Virus record (IMG/VR): IMGVR_UViG_3300036770_006893
Location: 62,001 to 126,000 of that record
Reading direction: 5' to 3' (one strand)
Length of the DNA stretch: 64,000 nucleotides
This document shows, piece after piece, positions 60,203-64,000 of the stretch. How positions within the stretch are numbered: the stretch's first letter is position 1; each line of letters starts with the position of its first letter. The translations under genes were made by a program, and so were the position numbers. Below the pieces are notes generated by a model that was not told the origin of the DNA, did no database searches, and saw nothing but the letters and a program-made list of their open reading frames with translations.

Positions 60203-60581
60203 TTTCATAAAAATAGGCTTAAATTTAGCCACTTGTATAAATTGCGGAATGACTATAGAAATTAATGATAGTATAGAAGATATGCCCATATTTCCGTGTG
60301 CTGGTCCCATAGTAGATCCATTAAAAGCCGACTTGTCTGATGCTGAAATCATTAAAGCTCAGGCCTTAGAATTAAAGCCAGATGGTCTGGATTCATCAAA
60401 CATGTGCTCGGAGGACCAGATTTTGACTAGATACAAACAATGTGGTGAGTGTGATTTTTTTGACCACAATACATGCACTAAATGTGGATGCATATTGGTT
60501 AGCAATAAAATATATATGAGTAAGCTTGCTTGGAAAACAGAGCAATGCCCTATAGGTAAATGGGGTCCTATATCAGACTAA
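60189..60581 (+). CDS. Cys-rich Zn-binding protein (CxxC...CxxCGC...CPxGKW type)
   Basis: ATG at 60189 (MTTCNF); RYKQCGECDFF...CTKCGC...CPIGKW pattern, resembling DUF6171-like proteins. Confidence 0.6.
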   Translation: MTTCNFIKIGLNLATCINCGMTIEINDSIEDMPIFPCAGPIVDPLKADLSDAEIIKAQALELKPDGLDSSNMCSEDQILTRYKQCGECDFFDHNTCTKCGCILVSNKIYMSKLAWKTEQCPIGKWGPISD

Positions 60582-60898
60582 TCCTTTTTCTGATATTTGT
60601 GCCATCCTTTATTGGGTAAATAATTGCCGTTGTCGTCTTTACGTTTTGGAAAAAGAGTACCGCCCTTTTTGTGTTGACCAAAGGCCAGAACAGCTCCACA
60701 GTCAGCGCATCTTAATTCATAGTAATCATTTCCGTCCACAGATCTTACAACAAACTTTAAATTGGTGCTTCCACAAAGACCGCATTTTTCTTCAGAAAAA
60801 ATTTCTTGAATTAGCGCAAGCTCTTTGAATATTTCTTTCTGCCCAGCTGCTTCTAGTTCGAACGATAATTTATCATTTGCTTTATAAATTACTTTCAT
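60578..60898 (-). CDS. Zn-ribbon-containing hypothetical protein
   Basis: CGLC...CADC pairs; start lies 3 bp from the upstream stop. Confidence 0.65.
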   Translation of the reverse strand: MKVIYKANDKLSFELEAAGQKEIFKELALIQEIFSEEKCGLCGSTNLKFVVRSVDGNDYYELRCADCGAVLAFGQHKKGGTLFPKRKDDNGNYLPNKGWHKYQKKD

Positions 60899-60901
60899 AA
60901 A

Positions 60902-61627
60902 TTACTTCCATTCTTGGGTATATCCGATTAGGTTATCTGATATGGAACTAGTATCTTGTTGATACTTGGACAAATTTCTGATTACACTAACCGCATCTTG
61001 GTGTGAAATACTGTATATATTTTTACTGTCTAGGCCACTAGATTCTAATAGCTTAGATATATTTATATTAAGTCTTTGTCCTATAACGTCAATGAAATTT
61101 ATTTGATTATTTGTGATTTTATTGACAGACCCAGAATCCGGATGATCCTCTACTGTATCTACTATTTCTTCAGCGGCCACCACCTTCCTTAGTCTTAGGG
61201 CGCGTCTTAATGCTCTACCCTCCGCTCTTGTTTCAGCTACTGCTACAGGATGATTTCTATATACTTTATCACAATTTCCCCAATAGACATCAGCAGCCCC
61301 ACTAACTGATCGATGTCTAATATCTTTATCTATAGAGCTATCATTAAGAATATAATCAAGCCTATACACTACCGTAGCTCTTTTCTCATTATCCGGAGAT
61401 GGAGACTGAACCACATCCGTCAATATGCTAATAATGGAACAATTTAATACGGACTCAAAGATACGCCTCAATCCATCTGTGGTCGGATTGCCTTTGATTT
61501 TTTCGTCATCAGACAACTGAGACAAAACGTAATCGGTCCAAGATACATCAGAAATATCTGGTTTTTCCAAACTCATTTCTTGTTGTTCTGTTTGTGGTTC
61601 AGGTGTGTCCTTTTTTAATCTTGGCAT
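60902..61627 (-). CDS. Possible single-strand annealing/recombination protein (Rad52/Sak-like)
   Basis: AVAETRAEGRALRRAL resembles the AETxAxGRAL helix of Rad52/Sak-like proteins; AGAGGATAA RBS. Confidence 0.45.
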   Translation of the reverse strand: MPRLKKDTPEPQTEQQEMSLEKPDISDVSWTDYVLSQLSDDEKIKGNPTTDGLRRIFESVLNCSIISILTDVVQSPSPDNEKRATVVYRLDYILNDSSIDKDIRHRSVSGAADVYWGNCDKVYRNHPVAVAETRAEGRALRRALRLRKVVAAEEIVDTVEDHPDSGSVNKITNNQINFIDVIGQRLNINISKLLESSGLDSKNIYSISHQDAVSVIRNLSKYQQDTSSISDNLIGYTQEWK

Positions 61628-62415
61628 TATTTATCCTCTATGGTAAATGAAGAAATCTGTTTATTGTTATTCTGTATCTCATCTATCGTACTCAGCAATT
61701 GCTGTAAAATGTTTTCAGCTCTAGTAGGAGAAAAGTCCTTATATTGTTTTATTCTAATAATATTCCATCCTTTTCCCAAAATTAATCCTGATTTTTTATT
61801 ATCGTATGCTTTATTTTTTTTTAACGAATCCTCACCCCAAACCGGAGCAAAATGAGACGGTCCATCAACCTCTATAGCTGTGTTAATAGTAGGGAGAAAA
61901 AGGTCTATTTGCAACTTGGTATTTGTAAGAATTTGTTCTTTATGAAAGTCTACTCTATAGCCCATTTCTATTAGTTTTGTCAATAAGAAGTTTTCTAATT
62001 TAGAGCCAACCTTACTAGCCTCCCTGACTGCTTTATTAGCCATCGATAACAGCTGTTCTTTTTCGTCCTCTGTTTTTAAATTCCATGCCGCTCTAGCTTT
62101 AGATTTCCTGTCTTTTATCTCTTCCTCCGATAACTGGCTCCAAGACTTAAGAACAGAATTACCAATTGAACGTTTAGTTGCTTCGCTTCTCTTACGTCCT
62201 TTGGTTGGGTGTGTGTGTTTTCCTGTGACAAGGGCGTTTTTTTGCGCCTCAGATTTATTGCGTATATTTATTTTTAAACGTATGGCATCTCGTCTAATTT
62301 TATTAGCATATGTCCCACATGCCTCCGCGATGTCTGCAAAACTTTTATTTTCATCAATATACAGTTTTTTGATTAACTTTTTCTTTTCCTCATCACCCAG
62401 CTGATTGTATAACAT
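61627..62415 (-). CDS. Putative free-standing homing endonuclease (NUMOD3-like motif plus Vsr/DUF559-type nuclease domain)
   Basis: N-terminal HTH-like segment; GRKRSEATKRSIG (NUMOD3-like); SKLE...IDLFLP..NTAIEVDGPSHF...D..K...L..KGWNIIRI nuclease signature. Confidence 0.75.
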   Translation of the reverse strand: MLYNQLGDEEKKKLIKKLYIDENKSFADIAEACGTYANKIRRDAIRLKINIRNKSEAQKNALVTGKHTHPTKGRKRSEATKRSIGNSVLKSWSQLSEEEIKDRKSKARAAWNLKTEDEKEQLLSMANKAVREASKVGSKLENFLLTKLIEMGYRVDFHKEQILTNTKLQIDLFLPTINTAIEVDGPSHFAPVWGEDSLKKNKAYDNKKSGLILGKGWNIIRIKQYKDFSPTRAENILQQLLSTIDEIQNNNKQISSFTIEDK

Positions 62416-62869
62416 TGATTATTTCCTCATATGAGAACTTGTTGATTTTATTGACACGTAATGATGGCCAGCATATGTTATATATGTTTTTTACATCATC
62501 ACTAGTTGATATAATATGTAAATTATTTTTTTCAAACAGTTTTTTCCATAAAGTATATTCTGTATATCCAGAAGCCCATGGTGTCTCATTAGTATAAAAA
62601 AATACGTTATGCGCTTTTGGAAAACTATTAGATAGCATTAAAGACATAGTATCAAATATAACAATATTACCATCAAAAAACTTACTATGGCTTATAGGCA
62701 TAAGAGGGATGTTCATATGAGACGTCATAGACGAAGAGCAATTAAATATGCAAATATTGCTCAACGGATTATGGTCTATAAAAGGTCTTATTTCTGATAT
62801 TAGGGCAATGTGTTCAGCAGACTGATTGAGGTATAGGCATATGAATGCTAGATCTTTTGTTAGTTTCAT
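62393..62869 (-). CDS. Hypothetical protein (Rossmann-like; possibly degenerate glycosyltransferase-related)
   Basis: 158 aa alpha/beta pattern; overlaps its neighbours in operon fashion. Confidence 0.45.
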   Translation of the reverse strand: MKLTKDLAFICLYLNQSAEHIALISEIRPFIDHNPLSNICIFNCSSSMTSHMNIPLMPISHSKFFDGNIVIFDTMSLMLSNSFPKAHNVFFYTNETPWASGYTEYTLWKKLFEKNNLHIISTSDDVKNIYNICWPSLRVNKINKFSYEEIINVIQSAG

Positions 62870-63600
62870 TTTACTATCTTTTCTAGAAAATCCTCTATAT
62901 CTACAGGACTAAAACTATTTGTGTTTTTGTTTATTGTGAGAGTCTCTGCGTCTAATATGACGCAGCCACAGGTATATGCTTCAGCAACATAGGACTCATA
63001 TTTATTTGACACAAAATATTTGCAATTATTTAAGATATCATTTTTGTCTAGTTCTGTAAGCATTCCGAGATTTTGAGGATGCTGTATAGATTTGTTATTA
63101 AATAATAAAAATTTACTATCTTTTGTTTCTGGATATAGATGTTTTTTTATATGTTGTGGAATCTCACTATCCTCATCCAAAAAATATGCTATCCTATCTA
63201 TTCTGTTGTAGTTTTCGTTGTTCTTAGAAGTAAATAAATTTTTGTTTATACAATAATCTGGTAGTACTAGAACATTGCTGTATCGCCGAAACTCATCATG
63301 GTCTTGGGGGTGTAAAATGTGTTTAGCCTTTTTAATATATCTAATAGCATCTTTATTGATTTGTGATCTGCTATGATATATAAACGCTTTTGTCAGTATG
63401 TCACCATATTCGCCCACAAACTGTATGATTTCGTTAGAAATAAAGGAACTATCAAAGATGTAGGCATTAGCACTAATCTTATGATGTATCTCATATAGAT
63501 TTGTAGGTTTGTCTATGAATATTTGAAATTTTGTGCTATTTATGTGTTTGATAGCACTCAATATTCTGTTGTCTCTATCAGACAAAAATACTTTTATCAT
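62866..63600 (-). CDS. Hypothetical protein (possibly glycosyltransferase-like)
   Basis: 244 aa; the C-terminal DILNNCKYFV...YVAEAYTCGCVIL weakly resembles the GT-B donor-binding region (ExA..CG..V). Confidence 0.45.
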   Translation of the reverse strand: MIKVFLSDRDNRILSAIKHINSTKFQIFIDKPTNLYEIHHKISANAYIFDSSFISNEIIQFVGEYGDILTKAFIYHSRSQINKDAIRYIKKAKHILHPQDHDEFRRYSNVLVLPDYCINKNLFTSKNNENYNRIDRIAYFLDEDSEIPQHIKKHLYPETKDSKFLLFNNKSIQHPQNLGMLTELDKNDILNNCKYFVSNKYESYVAEAYTCGCVILDAETLTINKNTNSFSPVDIEDFLEKIVK

Positions 63601-64000
63601 AAAAGTTTTTGACCCTTTTTATATCGTCTAATGTATTAATTTTGTAAATATTCTTTGTATTGCGAATAGCTATTGGTTCTATATCTATATTATTATTTAT
63701 TAGCAGGTTTACAAGCTCAAAAATATACAGATGATCTAATTTGTATAGTTTAGATAATTTTTGGATCGATTTAATTGTCCTGTTGTTCATAAATATGCAT
63801 TCAGACCATTGGTGTTTCAGGCCGTAAAACAGATACTCAACTTTTGTGGGATCTTGTATACCTATAGAGAAACCATCTTTATTTTTTGGTAATACGAACA
63901 GTGCTGTTTTTTGTGATATGGGTAATTTTTCTTTTAAGAGAACACCGTTGTTGATAAGTAAAAGATTTGATGGCTTTTTTGTGATTATATAATGCATCAG
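63578..64000 (-). CDS. Hypothetical protein, probably 5'-truncated (possible nucleotidyltransferase-like C-terminus)
   Basis: The frame stays open to the window edge (CTG precedes the ATG). The ending INTLDDIKRVK resembles the (E)IDT..DL end of sugar/choline nucleotidyltransferases. Confidence 0.4.
   Translation of the reverse strand: MMHYIITKKPSNLLLINNGVLLKEKLPISQKTALFVLPKNKDGFSIGIQDPTKVEYLFYGLKHQWSECIFMNNRTIKSIQKLSKLYKLDHLYIFELVNLLINNNIDIEPIAIRNTKNIYKINTLDDIKRVKNFYDKSIFV

Noticed and set aside
156-60352. Many short opposite-strand or out-of-frame ORFs in the track (e.g. 156-482, 17158-17571, 20566-21174, 59792-60139)
   Set aside because: They are shadow ORFs fully inside long, coherent genes, with no motifs or RBS support.
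1-64000. Alternative genetic code (stop-codon reassignment)
   Set aside because: Very long ORFs read through under the standard code, and TAA, TAG and TGA all end genes with tight coupling.
1-64000. CRISPR arrays, tRNAs, rRNAs
   Set aside because: Intergenic gaps are under about 90 bp; no spaced direct repeats or cloverleaf-like sequences were seen.
62393-64000. Intact glycosyltransferase/nucleotidyltransferase operon
   Set aside because: The resemblance is limited to short weak motifs, so these are kept as hypotheticals.

Overview
A 64-kb, AT-rich, densely coding segment of a very large tailed bacteriophage genome; no cellular genes are recognisable. Positions 1-60581 are a single plus-strand virion morphogenesis module. 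In order it holds tail-fibre/adhesin-like genes, a sulfotransferase, neck/head-tail-like genes, a probable tail tube protein, probable tail assembly chaperones, a 5267-aa TP901-type tape measure protein (TMP), then a run of large tail-tip/baseplate-like proteins (1875, 2077 and 2498 aa) and a trypsin-like serine protease. Positions 60578-64000 are a convergent minus-strand block: Zn-ribbon protein, possible single-strand annealing protein, Vsr/DUF559-type endonuclease and hypotheticals. The standout is the TMP. It carries seven copies of a lambda-gpH-like motif (DTVPAMLTPGEFV) that divide it into cassettes. Two cassettes contain recognisable enzyme domains: a HAD phosphatase with all four motifs and a polyvalent-protein-type ADP-ribosyltransferase. 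This suggests a 'polyvalent' tape measure that injects effectors. Also notable are a circularly permuted FGE/sulfatase-modifying-factor domain in a tail protein, and an intact S1 protease in the tail operon. All domain calls come from motif recognition by eye; no database search was run.
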